Shown here in pieces: positions 12,801-25,920 of a stretch of 64,000 nt of DNA. Source of the DNA: Selaginella moellendorffii (lineage: Eukaryota; Plantae; Lycopodiophyta); the NCBI RefSeq assembly GCF_000143415.4, contig NW_003314262.1, positions 4,834,389 to 4,898,388 on the forward strand. The letters are read 5' to 3'. The first letter of the stretch is position 1, and every line of letters starts with the position of its first letter. A model generated the notes under the pieces. That model did no database searches. It had not been told where the DNA came from and saw only the letters and a list, made by a program, of their open reading frames with translations. The position numbers and the translations under genes were made by a program.

Positions 12801-14358
12801 GGGCGTGGCCGTGTAAACAACTCTAACTGCCAGTTGACAATAGTCTATCTAAACCTTACCGACAGGTTTGGTTTCTTTGCTCATGAGGGTTGGAGCCTCT
12901 GGCTTCTCTCTCTATGTCCTTGTGGGTAGGGGCATATCACACTTTTGTAAGTTGGGTGACTCCCAGAGCAGCAAGGGTGGCTGACTCCGTTGGTCATTTC
13001 CTTGTCGGCGACGGCCGAAAGGTGTCTGAGTTGGTAGCGCATCCGCGTTAGACACAGAGATTGCCTCCTAACTCATTTAAGTTGATGCATTTCTCACATA
13101 GTGTGAGTACCATGAACTTTTTCTGGAGTTGTTTCCTTAGCGGTATTTTAGACTCGAGTATGCATCGACGAGGACGTCGATCTTCCCTAGGGAGGGAGAG
13201 TGTCGCAAATGTGATTTTGGGTATCGAAAGTTACCTGTCGACCGGTCTTTACGGACACTCTTTCCTTACTACCATGACGGCAGGAGGTCGGTATTGCTGG
13301 TTCCCTTTATCAGCCCCTCTTGTTCAAGTGTTAGTTTACTAGGCTTAGCACCTGTACTTAGCCAGATGGACATAAGGTAGGAACTCCTATATGTTTCTAG
13401 CTGAGCATACTCGGCCTGGCTCTTAGTTCTCTTTTGCTCTATCTTGCACTAGCTTGACAAGAACCCTTGCGTATTGAGATTAGTCTCTCAATATCACTAG
13501 ATGATAGCTTACCGTGTCTGCCAAACACCTTCGCTATCATGCCCTTTGTGTTAGTCTCATTTTGGTCTCAAATGCTATTTATGGAAAGTGTCTAGATTTG
13601 TTCATTTGGCATATCTACGGAATGTAAAGATTGGCCTGAACACAATGGTGTTCGCCCCGTGTTCAAATTCGCATTCTAGCGCCATTCTATATTTAATAAG
13701 TTTCAAGCTTGTCCTAGAGACTAACTCTCGATACTAAGGGAGGCTTGGGGTGAAAGCCCAAAGCGTGTGTTCCTAAGGGGGGGGGGGGGGGGGGGGGGGG
13801 GCTATGGGGGGTTCCAAATGTATAGTAGGGATAGGGGGTAGGTCGGGCATGGCCGACCAACCTGAGGCATAGTCTAGCTCCCGCTTGCATGCCTTTCCTT
13901 GTTCTGCGTCCGGCTTGGGTCTAAGCCCAAGTTCCATTCCATGCTAGCTGGTGGAGTACCCATATCCTCATGTTAGGCCATCGATATGCCGAAATAGCGC
14001 CAAACTCCGTTTAGCTTTGTTTTGTGTGCTAGTCTTGGCATTGGGATGTTCCAGGACTCTAGGACTGTTCCAAGTCGCTCCGGGCTCCTGTCCCTTCGCT
14101 CCTTGGGTTGTATGCTCGGGAGTTGCTCCGTGGTTTGGTTTTGTCACTCCTTGGCTCCAAGCTTGGGAGTTTGGCACCGTTCCTTTGTTCAGTGGCTCAG
14201 GGCCTTGAACCTCAAGTTCCGCACCACTGTCTTTTGGACACGTGGCATGTGACACGTGGCATCTGTCACGTGACACAAAGAGGGTTTAGGTTCCGCTTCG
14301 TGGTGTTATCCTATGGTAAATCACCATAGGATAAATGGTAAAAACCACATGCGCTATA
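6820..14358 (+). mobile_element. Non-autonomous LTR retrotransposon (family B, LARD-like)
   Basis: LTRs 6820-8287 (contains assembly gap) and 13201-14358. PBS TGGTATCAGGGC after 8287; PPT AGGGAGGGAGAG before 13201. TSD GGGGC/GAGGC. The 4.9-kb G/T-rich internal region has no substantial ORF, only faint RT-like traces (~10230-10680). Confidence 0.88.
7574..7885. other. Assembly gap (Ns) with low-quality flank following a poly-G tract
   Basis: N run. Sequence ~7414-7573 diverges from the sister LTR just after the G tract. Confidence 0.95.
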
Positions 14359-17300
14359 GAGGCTTAATAGGGATTGAAGAAAAGACATTAGGGAAGAGTG
14401 TTTCCTATGTCTCTAAGCATCCTAAGGATGCTAAAGTGTGCTCTTAGGATGACCACTCATAGAAAAATAATATAGTTTTGGAGAGATAGGATTATGGTAT
14501 AGGTGGTCTTGGACTACTAATGAAACAAAGATAAATAAACATAGCTTTAGCATAACGGGTTGAGATGTCAGTGGTATTTTTGGGGTGTTAGTTATGGGAT
14601 TGGACACATGGAACACTTGGATTAAGTGCAAAGGCTAAATAGTATAGATGTCATTCACAATGCTAACATATCCTCAAGTCAGGAATAGAATTTATAGAGG
14701 TTGTGAGTGAGACTCTTCCAAATGGTTAAAGTGTGGTTAAGTGACTAAAGTAAAAAGGAAAATTTAGTCAATTACAATTTGGTATCTGAGCTATTCCTTA
14801 ATCTAACTTTTATTAGTGGTCAAGTATATGACTATTTATATTGGCATTAGAAGGTCCTAAGAGTGGGTTTATCCTTGAGGATTATTATGTTGAGAGGGCA
14901 TGACTCTCTACTTAAGTTTATATATGAACATATAAATAATGTGGTGGATAAAAAGAGGTTAATAAAGGAATGACTTTGGGATTTTGAGAATAGTAAAAGA
15001 TTTTTCTTAAAGAGTTGAGAATATAATCCATATAAATGTTTGATTTAACAAATTGGCTAATATGATTATAGTAAACAACTATAGTTGGGATCATGGGAAT
15101 GATGAAAACTCCTAGATGATAAAAGAGTTATAAGATTATCCTCATATAGTTAAGGATAGTGCTCATGAATTTGAGAATAAAGTTAATGACTATGAAAGAT
15201 CAAATACGGATGAGAATATATGTTTTTGAAATGGTAGCTGGGGTTACCTTTAATAAAAGTTAAAACAACCCAAAGAATTAGGTAATGTACTCAAAGGATG
15301 AATTGGTATTTTCATCATATAGGAAGATAGTTCTAAAGGGCAATAGTAGCTTATGTAGAACAAAGGATAAGCAAGTGTTGAAATAACATTTGTGAACACA
15401 ATCTTTGTGAATAGGATGCAAATACAAGAAGTTATATTCAAGTGTGGTAGCACCTCAAAAGTTGCCAGGAGGCTAGAAATTTACTAAACATTAAATTAAT
15501 AAAATCCAAAAGTTAGATAACTCAATAGAGTCAAGAGATGGTTCTAAAAGTTTGAAAGAATCTTGTTTAAATGAAGGTGGGTTATACCCAAAAAGATCAT
15601 AAGATCTAAATATAAGAATAGTGGGTATCTCATTAAGGGTATAACATGCCATACTAAAGTCGTAAAAATATATTTACGGAAAAAAACAACTTTGGCGAGG
15701 AGTTGTATATAAACACTATATTGCAGTGCTAACGGATAGTTAGTATAAGAAACGACTACAATGGTCTTAGTAAAAACTTAGACACAAATGGGAAGTATCA
15801 TGAGAACTTATAAAGCCGATAGTGTGAAGATACCAAATGTTCAAAAATGTAATATCTTAAAGTCAAATTAGTTGGTTTATGAGAACCCTTTGCCAAGGGA
15901 ATTCCAATGGAAATAGGATTGACATGGCCTAAGTTGGAAGGTATATAATTTAAATGCATTGACCCAAATAATGATGGAGTTGTGGAAGCACCAACAATGA
16001 ATTATAGAATTTGACAATTATGAGGTAACTAAGTAAAAGATGTGATATAATTGATTGGATTGGTGGAAATTAACTTCCTAAGACTTTCTATTAGGATAAA
16101 GAGGTTAATATATCCTTTGAGGGATAAATTGCTTATGTTATGATATAGTGAGTCAATATTGTAAAACAAATGCTTATTGTTAAAGAAGGTTATCATTGGG
16201 ACACCTAAACACTTTAAAACACTAAAAAGTGGTGTTTAATATTATGAGGGTATTAGTGAAGGCCCAAGGGACTAAATCCCTAGTGAATAATAGATAAAAA
16301 GTGCTCTCTAATGTCCAAAGTTGCGAAGATGAGATAAATCCATCTATCTGAATTGGATAAATCCAAAAGGATTTTGGTAAAGCTAATAACAAGCATACAA
16401 GGGCCCATAAATAGTAATGTTAATTCTAGTGTATAAGATTATAAAGTGAATATATCCAAATTAAAGAACCACTCCCTAAGCTATTGGGTAGGTTCATTCT
16501 TAAGAATATTTGTTAAGGCATGGTAGAAAGTGCAACGCTATCCTCTTAGCCTAAAGGAGAATAACTAAAAAGAATGTGTAAAGCTAAAAAAAAATAGTAA
16601 AGGGATAGAACTAAACTTAGGAATCAGAAGGTATAACCATAATTAGTTATGCGAAAATCAAGTTGGTATTCAAAAGTGTTATTATTGGTAACTAGGGTGC
16701 CATTGAGAGTTTAAAGTATAGAATTGTCATGTTAGACCATATGATAGTTAAAAAACTTGCAAAAGAAGAAGCTTTAGTAAACTAAGGGACAAAATCCCTT
16801 CAATGTTCCTAAAGAATTTTTTGAGTAAGTTAGTACCTAGAAAGATAAATGTAAATGGTTTATAAGAATGCACAAAATCAAAATAGTGTACAGAAACATG
16901 ACTTTGAAGTTTGCCATAAAGTGAGGCTATCAAGATTGGGAAAGTAGTTCCCGAGTGTTCAAAGAGATGGCTTTGAACTAAAGTTGATATTTAAGGACTT
17001 TCACACTTATGCATAAAACTATATCACACTGATCATGTGACTTGCTAAGCAAGAATGGCAAATCAAAGGAACAAAGACCTTAGTTAAAGGTGTTGACTTC
17101 AAAAGAGATGGCATATGGGGCAAAACATGGAAGAGTCCATATATGATCACAAGTTAATTAATTAGCTTGTTAAGTGAGAAGACTTGGAAGCTTAGAGGAA
17201 CTAGATTCCTAAGTTATGATTCATATTATGCTTTAAGTATAAATTAGTGCACCAGTGTGAAGAGTTATACCAAGCATCCTAGGTGATATCATTTGTAGGT

Positions 17301-17905
17301 GCATATGCAAAGGTTAGGTTCCAGTCCTAACCTTCTAATGCTTGTCAAGACCCCTAACAAGATCAAGACTGGAAAATGCAAAAGACAAAAAGAAAAGCTA
17401 GTGGAAATAAAGAAGAAACTTTAAAATAGTGTTGATTTAGATTGTGGAGAAATGGAACAAGGCTAACCTATATATACTATAGGTTGATGAAGCTCCACCA
17501 CTCTTGGATCGAGGATGGCCTAAATATAGCTGCAGTCGAGGAGGCGCCACATCATCATCAGGAATGTGGCTCAAGACTCAGGAATCGTACAGGAAATCAA
17601 AGAGTCAGGAATAGGGAAAAGTCTCGAGAGTTAGGAATAGGGAAGTGTCTCGAGAATCAGGAATGTGATCTACAGGTCAGGAATCTAGCGAGATTCAGGA
17701 ATGTGGTATGAATTGAGGGATTCCTGACAGCACCCCCTCCTCAAGAACGAGTGGAACGAGGACGTGAATGAGAAAAAAGAGGAGGATGAGATGGGCGGTG
17801 AGGGATGGGAGATGGAGAAAAAGAATGAGGACTTGGACGAGAAGGATAGCGGCGGTGGAAGTCCTGAACAAGGTTAGGAGAATGAATCAGGTTGTCCATA
17901 GGTTC

Positions 17906-20900
17906 CTAATTGCGTTCTTCAGGTGCATAACCCTTCCAGTCAACCAGATAGTAGAGTTTAGACCGTGAGATCTTGGAATCAAGGATGTCCTGAACCTCGT
18001 ACTCAAACCCATCCTCAAGTTGCACTGGTGGAGGCGGAGGAATGACCCGATTTGGAATAGGATTGGGAATATAAGGCTCAAGGAGAGAGGAGTGAAAAAC
18101 GAGGTGAATTTGATAGGAGGAGGGAAGTGCAAAGCGATAAGTAACAGGATTAATGATAGCAGTGATAGGGAAAGGACTGAGGTGTTTGAAATCGAGTTTG
18201 GGACATGGCCTGGTGGTGGAGATATTTCGCTTGAGGAGCCAGACTTTATCCCCAATGTTGTAAGGGGTACAATCCTGACGATGGGCATTGGCAAATGTTT
18301 TGTGAGATTCCTGAGCACAATGGAGGTGGAAGGAGATGGAGTTGTGGATTTCTTGGAGGTTGGAGACAAATGTCTCAGAGCGGGGATTAGAATGAGAGGA
18401 TTCAGATGGAGAAGGAAGTGAGAGATTGAATCGGGGATTTCGGCCAGAGTTTGCAAAGAAGGGGGAAACTCGAAGAGAGGAGTGAATAGAATTGTTATAG
18501 GAGAACTCAACAAGGGGAAGGATATCGAACCAATCATCTTGATGATAGTTGATGAAGCACCTCAGGAATTGTTCTAACGTCTGAATCGTTCGTTCAAATT
18601 GTCCATCAGTTTGAGGATGATATGCCGAAGAGAGGTTGGCCTTCACTCCAAGCAGCTGTAAAAACCGTTGTCAGAAATGAGAGATGAAATGAGGTCCCCG
18701 ATCCGAAACCACATTTGCAGCAATCCCATGAAGTCGGAAAATTTCTCTGAATACCAGTTTTGCTATGTCCTCACCCGAAAACTCCTTGGTACACAGCAGG
18801 AAGTGCACCATCTTTGTGAAGCGATCCACCACGACTAAAATGCTGTTGAAGCCTCCAGAACTTAGAAAATCACTCAAGAAATCCATGGAGATGGATTCCC
18901 AAGGACCTGAAGGGACTGGGAGGGAACGAAGCAATCCTGAAGGAAGGTGGCGAGGTACCTTATTTCGGGCGCAAGTGTCACAGGAGGTAACAAAAGTTTT
19001 GATGTAGTCATCCATGTGAGGCCACCAAAAGTCCCGTGCAACCAGCTCATAGGTCTTTGCGATGCCAAAGTGACTAGCAATCGGGCTATTGTGGCACGCC
19101 ATTAGGACCAACCTTTGAGCATCACCTTCAGGAACGTAAAGCTGCTCCCCACGGTACAACAAGCCATTTAAGAACTCAAACTCATCAAATTGCCGGCAGT
19201 CGGGAGTCACTGGGTGTCCAGCCTGAAGATGGGGGAAAATGTCACTGGCGAGGTCATCGGATTGAAGACCGTTTCTAATTGCATCCATCAAGGAGGAGTC
19301 CTGAGGGGCCAGGGAAATTGCCATAACTTAAAGCCGATCAGGACCAAGGATAACTTGATCCTGTTGATCAAAGGCAGGATTACCAAGCTTGAGACTAAGA
19401 TAGGAGCGCCTTCAAAGAGCATCAGGAAGGCCTTGAAGCTTTCCAGGTCTATACTTGATAACAAAGTCAAACTGACTCAGGAATTGTGCCCACCTTGCTT
19501 GACGACGACTCAAAACTCGGGAAGTGGCAAAGTACTCAAGATTTTTGTGATCTGTCCAGACTGTTGTTTGATGGCCCGCCCCCTCCAAAAAACGGCGCCA
19601 CTCTCCAAAGGAATCCACAATGGCAATGGCAAGGAGCTCCTTGTCGTGGATTTTGTAATTGATCTCTGCAGGCTGGAATTTCCGAGAATGGAAAGCGATC
19701 GGATGAAGTTCGTGATCCGCTCTGATTTGAGACAGCACAACACCGATGGCGAAGTCGGAGGCGTCAGCCTCAATGAAGAAAGGTTGTGAGGGATCAGCAT
19801 GGATCAAGACGGGAGCAGAATTGAAGGCCGCCTTGAGTGTGTCGAAGGCTTGCTGGGCAGCAATAGACCAAGAGAAGGGAACATCCTTGCAAGTGAGATG
19901 CGTGAGAGGAAGGACAATGTCAGAGTAGTGATCAATGAATTTGCGGTAGAAGTTGGCAAAGCCAAGGAAAACCTGAACGTCCGACATTGATTGTGGAGGC
20001 TCCCATTCGAGAATAGTCTTGACTTTGGTAGGATCCATCGTGATACCCTCAGAAGTGACAATGTACCCAAGGAACTCCACAGACTCCTGATCGAAGGAAC
20101 ATTTCTCAAGCTTCGTGTATAGGCCGTGTTCTCGCAACTTCACTAGCACCTTGCATACATGTTCGTCATGCTCCTCTTTAGTTTTTGAGTAGATGAGGAT
20201 GTCATTGAGGTAGACAATCACCATCTAATCAAGAAACTCCCGAAAGATGTCGTTTGCCATGTGTTGGAAAACTGCTAGAGCATTTGTCAAGCCAAATAGC
20301 ATGACAGTGTACTCGAAGTAGCCATAGCGGGTTCGGAACGCAATCTTCCATTCATCACCAGGCCGGATCCGGATCAGGTTGTATGCTCCACAGAGGTCGA
20401 TCTTGGTGAAGAAGTGGGCACTGCCGAGGCGTTCCAACAGGTCCGAGATCAGGGGCAGCAGATAACAGTTCCAAACAGTCACCTTGTTCAAACCTTGGTA
20501 GTCGATGACTAGCCGCAAAATCCCATCCGTCTTCTTGACAAAGAAGACAGGCGCTCCAGCCGGGGACTGCGAATGCTGAATGTACCCTGAGGCAAGGTTC
20601 TCATCCACGTACTCTTTGAGGGCCTTAAGCTCGGACGGGGATAACCCGTAGATAGGCCCCCACAGAGGTGACGCTCCTTCCTGTAAATCAATGGGACAGT
20701 CATAAGGCCGATGAAAAGGAAGTACACTAGCTTTTTTCTTGTCAAACACATCCCCAAAATCATGATACTTCTCAGGAAGACTGACAGGAGAAACATGCAA
20801 AGCAAAAAGGAAAATAGGTTCTTCATGAAGGAGTTCTTTCATAGTGATTGTGGAGATAGGAGGAGGCATACGACTAAATGGAATGATGAGACGAGGATAT

Positions 20901-21445
20901 TGTCCAGTGTAAGATGGAGGAGAGGAAAAAGAAGAGGGTGAAAACTTCGTAGAGTCAAGAACAGAACCCTGATTTGAGTTTAGGGAACTTTTTCTGATTC
21001 GGACTCGATGAATAGCAAGGGAAGCCGTGGGAGATGGTGATGTGGGAGAGTCGAGCTGTAATTCCTTCCAACAGATCTGAGGCTGATGTAGTTGGAACCA
21101 AGGGAAGCCAAGCACCACAGAGGAGGACTTGCTGTTGATGATGTTGAAGGCAATATTGGTGACGGTGGACCCGATGTGTACTCGAACGGGCGGAGAAAGA
21201 GGAACGTGATGTCGGGCAGCAAAGTCCGTGTCCATGAAGCAGGAAGTTGCACCTGAGTCCAGTAGTGCAAAAGCCTTGAGTCCTGATTGTCCGGTGAAAG
21301 AAAAGAAACATGGGACGTGGAAGTTGCGGGAATTGGTGGTGGCTTTGATGAAAGGTGGTGAGGAGCTTGATAAAGAAGAAAAGTGATTTTTATTCGGGGA
21401 GTCCAAATAGACAGCTCCTACTCTGTTTGGACAGGGTCATTTCCC
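17906..21445 (-). pseudogene. pol of the Tcn1-like element (PR-RT-RNaseH-INT-chromodomain; in-frame stops only)
   Basis: ALLDSGAT; VYLNDILI; EADASDFAIG; HHCC region; SMDFL...VSDRG; YHPQTDGQFER; chromodomain YEVQDILDSK...YYLVDWKGY. The four ORF pieces share one frame. Confidence 0.93.
21401..21445 (-). promoter_or_regulatory. -1 ribosomal frameshift signal at the gag/pol junction
   Basis: Slippery heptamer G GGA AAT (21445-21439), 6-nt spacer, then stem GTCCAAA/TTTGGAC. The -1 frame joins pol if the heptamer's last base is restored to C (CpG decay created TGA). Confidence 0.75.
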
Positions 21446-22425
21446 GACTGCAACAAAGGTGGATTTTGAGGCAGAGTGAACTCAAGTAGTCGGGGAGGCT
21501 TCTTGGGACACATAGCTGCTTTGTGATTAGGATCAGCACAGTAGAGGCAAAGATTATAAGATATTTGATGTTGCTTCTCAGCAGGACTCAACTTCCCTCT
21601 GATGAGTCGGGGAGTACAAGAGATATCCATCGGGACTGGAGCAGTAGGTTTAGGAGTATGCCCCAAAGACTCAAGCTGGGATTCCTGAGTCTAGGACAGG
21701 AATACAGCAGCACGGCGACTTTCCTGACAATGTTCAAAGAGACGATTGTCGCATCAAAAGGCTTTGTTGATGGCGTCTGACAAGTCCGTGGGATCCTCCA
21801 TGGTGAGCAACAAATCCTTGACACCGTTGTTGAAGCTGAAACGAAATTGATCAATCAGGGCTCGCTCATCCCACTGAGTGTCCAAGGCAAGGAGTTGGAA
21901 CTCTACAGTGTAGATCGAGGCAGGACGAGACTCCTGAGAGAGACGTCTCATCTTTGTGGTAGCAGCCCGAACCCAATCCGTCTCACCAAAACATGCTTCG
22001 AGCTTCTCTTTGAACAATTGAAGATCTATCAACTCCGGAACCTCGACCCCTTTCATGCTCTTCTCTAGAAGAGGAGAAAACCACGACAAAGCTGCACCTT
22101 CGAGAAACGTCCCAATCGCGCCGATTTGAGACTCAGGAGTGGGGTACTGCTGATGTTGAAGTGTGAAGATCAGCTCCATCTGGTTCAGGAATCCGTGAAG
22201 CTCCGAACACTTGCCTGAAAATTTCGCCGGGAAACTCACCTTCGGTTCAGGAACTTTGCTGGATCCTTGAGCTGAAAGTGAAGCAAGCTCCTGCTGCATG
22301 CGAAGAAGGGTTGCCTTCAACTTGGTATTCTCAGACTGGATTTTTGCAAGGACTTCGGCAAAGAAATCAGGATGGCTTGGAGGCTCCATTAGTAGAAAGA
22401 AAGAAAAAAGGGGGAAAAAAGGCAA
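21418..22425 (-). pseudogene. gag of the Tcn1-like element (one in-frame stop)
   Basis: PEPKVSFPAKFSG...PVPMDIS...RGKLSPAEK...LCLYCADPNHKAAMCP (CCHC knuckle), a fungal-chromovirus/PEG10-type Gag. Confidence 0.9.
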
Positions 22426-23564
22426 AGGCAGTCAAACAATCAAAACGAGCTAAAGGAAAAGAAATGAAAAAACACAATCTGAATCAAACTGTCAAGACCC
22501 CCAAGAAGATCAAGACTGGAAAATGCAAAAGACAAAAAGAAAAGCTAGTGGAAACAAAGAAAAGGCCTTAGACTGGTGTTGATTCAGATTGTGGAGAAAT
22601 GGAACAAGGCTAACCTATATATACTATAGGTTGATGAAGCTCCACCACTCTTAAATCGAGGACGGCCTAAATATAGCTGAGGTCGAGGAGGCGCCACATC
22701 ATCATCAGGAATGTGGCTCAAGACTCAGAAATCGTACAGGAAATCAAAGAGTCAGGAATAAGGAAAAGTCTTGAGAGTCAGGAATAGGGAAGTGTCTCGA
22801 GAATCAAGAATGTGGTCTGCAGGTCAGAAATCCAGCAAGATTCAGGAATGTGGTATGAATTGGGGGATTCCTGATAGTGCTTGGGTTTAAGTCCTAACTC
22901 ATTAGAGCGTGGTAATAGTTTGAAATATGAGGACACTCATTTTTTAGTGGTCATGGACTCGCATTAAAAAGACTGACTTGGGCACATCGCCAAATAGGGG
23001 ATACCCCGAAGTCATGATGTACAGTTAGATTACTTAGTGTGAAAGTTTAGCATATTTAACTTGAACACTTTGGTGCAAGTGGCACCAAGGATGTGGTGAA
23101 TGAGATGGGGATATTTAATCTAAGCTCTATTTCGTTAAAGTGGGAATTGTCATTATCCCACTTGTAAAATAAGGTTTCCAAACCTTTATATAGTATATAA
23201 ATATAACAAAATTCAACTGCATTGAGGCACATGCCATTTTATTTTAAACAAGGAAATGTCTACTCAATCACTTCTCCTCCCCCTGCCACTGCTTCACCTC
23301 TCTCTTCTCCTTGTCATCGTCGTCCAATTTCTTTCCATCCTTTTAATATTAGCTCAGTTGCTCCGAGTCTAGGTGGAGCCTAAGTCCCCATTCAATCTTT
23401 ACTTTCCCCTTATTAATAAAACAACTTCGTAGACTTCCAATAACATGCTGTAACACTTCTAGTATAATGCAAATCCTCTCAAAGAATTGTCTTTTAATAT
23501 TAATACAATGGCATGGAACCCCATGCCATAATAAGTTCCATTTTTAAATAAATACATGCCATCT

Positions 23565-25920
23565 CAGACTGTTATTTTTTGCCTCCAACGCCTATACAAT
23601 AATCTTGGAATTTCATCACTCTCCACACTATCAGGATTTAAACCCAATAGTAATGCCATCTCTTCTCTAATACGTCCACGCTCATGTTCAGTGGTCGAAG
23701 AACCCATCCGGTTGAGCAGATTATGGAGATGCGGATAGTGCTTGGCTAGACAATATACATGCCATAAATGATGGCTGGTGTCTGTCCGATCAAATCAGTA
23801 CCTTCGCCGTGACTCTGAAATGAAATGCGTCAGCATAAAAAATGGTACAAGTCAATTTTACCATCTACAATATTAGCGAATGGTGCTCCTGATGGTCGTT
23901 GAGAGGGTTTTGGTCGAGGAAACGTGAAGGGCGGAAATACTCTCCTCTGCAATGTGGGGTTAATCGCATCCGATGGCGTGTGGGCACATGCCATTTCAGC
24001 TGTAAACTCTGGTACAACTGGCTCAACAGTGGCATGGGGTGGTTCCGATGGCGTGTGATCACACGCCATTTCAGCTGGTGCCTCTGTTGGCAAAGTGGAC
24101 ATGACCGAACAGGCAGTAGGGGCGGTGTAGGGAGGTTCCAACGGCGCGTAGTTAGCGATTGGGCACACGTTGAGTCCATTGGAAATGAGGATATGACCGG
24201 CTCGGCGGCTGGGGCGGCCTCATGCGGGTCCAATGGCACCTGGTCACCGTCAGTTGGATACGTGGACAAGATTGACTCAGTGGTATGGGCAGCATCAAGT
24301 GGAGCGTGGTCAGCTTGCTTGGCATTGATATGGATAGTAGCCTCCACCAGCTCTGATGACTCTTGTAGGCAAGTAGAGTCCACTGGCGGATCCATATGCA
24401 TGTCCAAATATCTCTCTTCGATTGAGATGGTATCCTCCCGTGCTACTAAAAACAAACTCATTAGCACATTGAATCGACTATACTGTATTTACCATCAACT
24501 GCTATTGAGGAACTAGGACCGATATCACTTGGGCGCACTGCTGATTCTGAAGGATTGGACATACGTTTCGACCCTTGCTTGGCACTATCCTTCCTCGACA
24601 CTAAAGGCTAGAGTTTGTATCTTAATTCAACTGAATAATCTCTACTTACCATTTGCTCTGCGACCTACATGGACAATGTTAGAAATGGTAAAAGGTTAGG
24701 AATGGATGTACTATTATTTACCTGATGGTTTGTCTTGTATGACCTTCCTCCACTACTCTTTGGCCACCTCAGGCTGGCCATCGTCGTCATCATCGTCATC
24801 GTCGTTATTGTGATCGTCACCATTGTGAGGACCATCCAAGTCCTCTTCGTCCTCCTCTTCTTTGTCCTCCTCTTCGTCCTTCTGCTCTTCCTGCTCATTA
24901 TCTTTCTCTGGCTCCTCATCCCCCTCTTGCATTTCTTCCATAGGCTGCTCAGGCTGGATGGCTTGTTCTTCCAAGACCATCTTGGGAAAATCATCTGGCC
25001 AAGTCTCCATCTCAAAATACAAGACATCCATAGCCTGTTTTAGTGCGTGACCTAGGACCGTATCCTCACCCGACTGTCTTAACATGGTTTCTGCACGTTC
25101 TTGCAAACTTCAAAGACGAGGAGATGAGAAAAACGTGGCCCTGACTTGAAAAGCATCCCTCATCCATTGTACCTCTCCATTGAGATTGGGGAAGGGGAGT
25201 CCGCCATAGGAATCTGAGTCAGGAGGTGGTGACTGGCTACTTTCAATCAGCCCTTGATCTGCAATGAATGGCATGAGCACACACGCCATAACCGCGAGGC
25301 ATTCCTCATAGCCGCTGCCCCCCTCCAGGAAGCCACTAGGATGTGCAAGGTGGATCTTGAAGGCAGACGCTGTCTCTACCACAAGTGCCAGTCCATATTC
25401 TTGCATGGAACTGCATGGAGTGTCTGTCACTTGGATGAGGATCCCCATGCATTCTTTTCTCCCACCATTTGTGTTGTACAGCCTCAGATCCTCGCCTTCC
25501 ATCCCGAAAGTCCAACTGGTGAGCTCCTCCCCCTTCTCTGCATCCACATTGACAGTGGCTGGAAGAAGATCGCAATTCCTCGCCTGTTCAAAAATGCACA
25601 ACAATTAGAGTTGACAGATGAAAAGCTAGCAGCTGGAAATAACGTGAGGCCACACGCCATTCACCACTGCATCAGATGTCTTGAGGCTGCATCCTAAGAT
25701 GGCGTGAGGCTACACGCCATCTGTAACCAGACTGCACTCGAGAGCCCAATCGGTGCATGCCAATGTTGCTACTGAATGGCATGTGGCTTCATGCCATTTT
25801 CTACTTGGCCTAAAAGACTTACCATTTGAAGCCAAATGGAGGCGTGACAATCGAGGCCGGACCACTGGCGAATGTGCACTGTGTGTGTAGCGGATCGTAG
25901 CAGCAAGGCTACTCTACCAC
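23565..25920 (-). pseudogene. Intron-containing second/cargo gene of the TIR element, unknown function
   Basis: Protein-like ORF segments 25604-25110 and 25106-24753 (very acidic tract), 24467-23865, and a terminal piece ending ...LLYRRWRQKITV*. Splice-like boundaries near 24720, 24645 and 24450. Oriented divergently from the transposase. Confidence 0.5.

Larger units (their letters stand above)
17343..22876 (-). mobile_element. Full-length Ty3/gypsy chromovirus, Tcn1/sushi-like, self-priming
   Basis: 387-bp LTRs 22490-22876 and 17343-17729; TSD ATGCT/GTGCT; PPT GAGGAGGGGGTGC (minus strand) next to 17729; gag-PR-RT-RH-INT-chromodomain order; no tRNA PBS. Confidence 0.95.
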
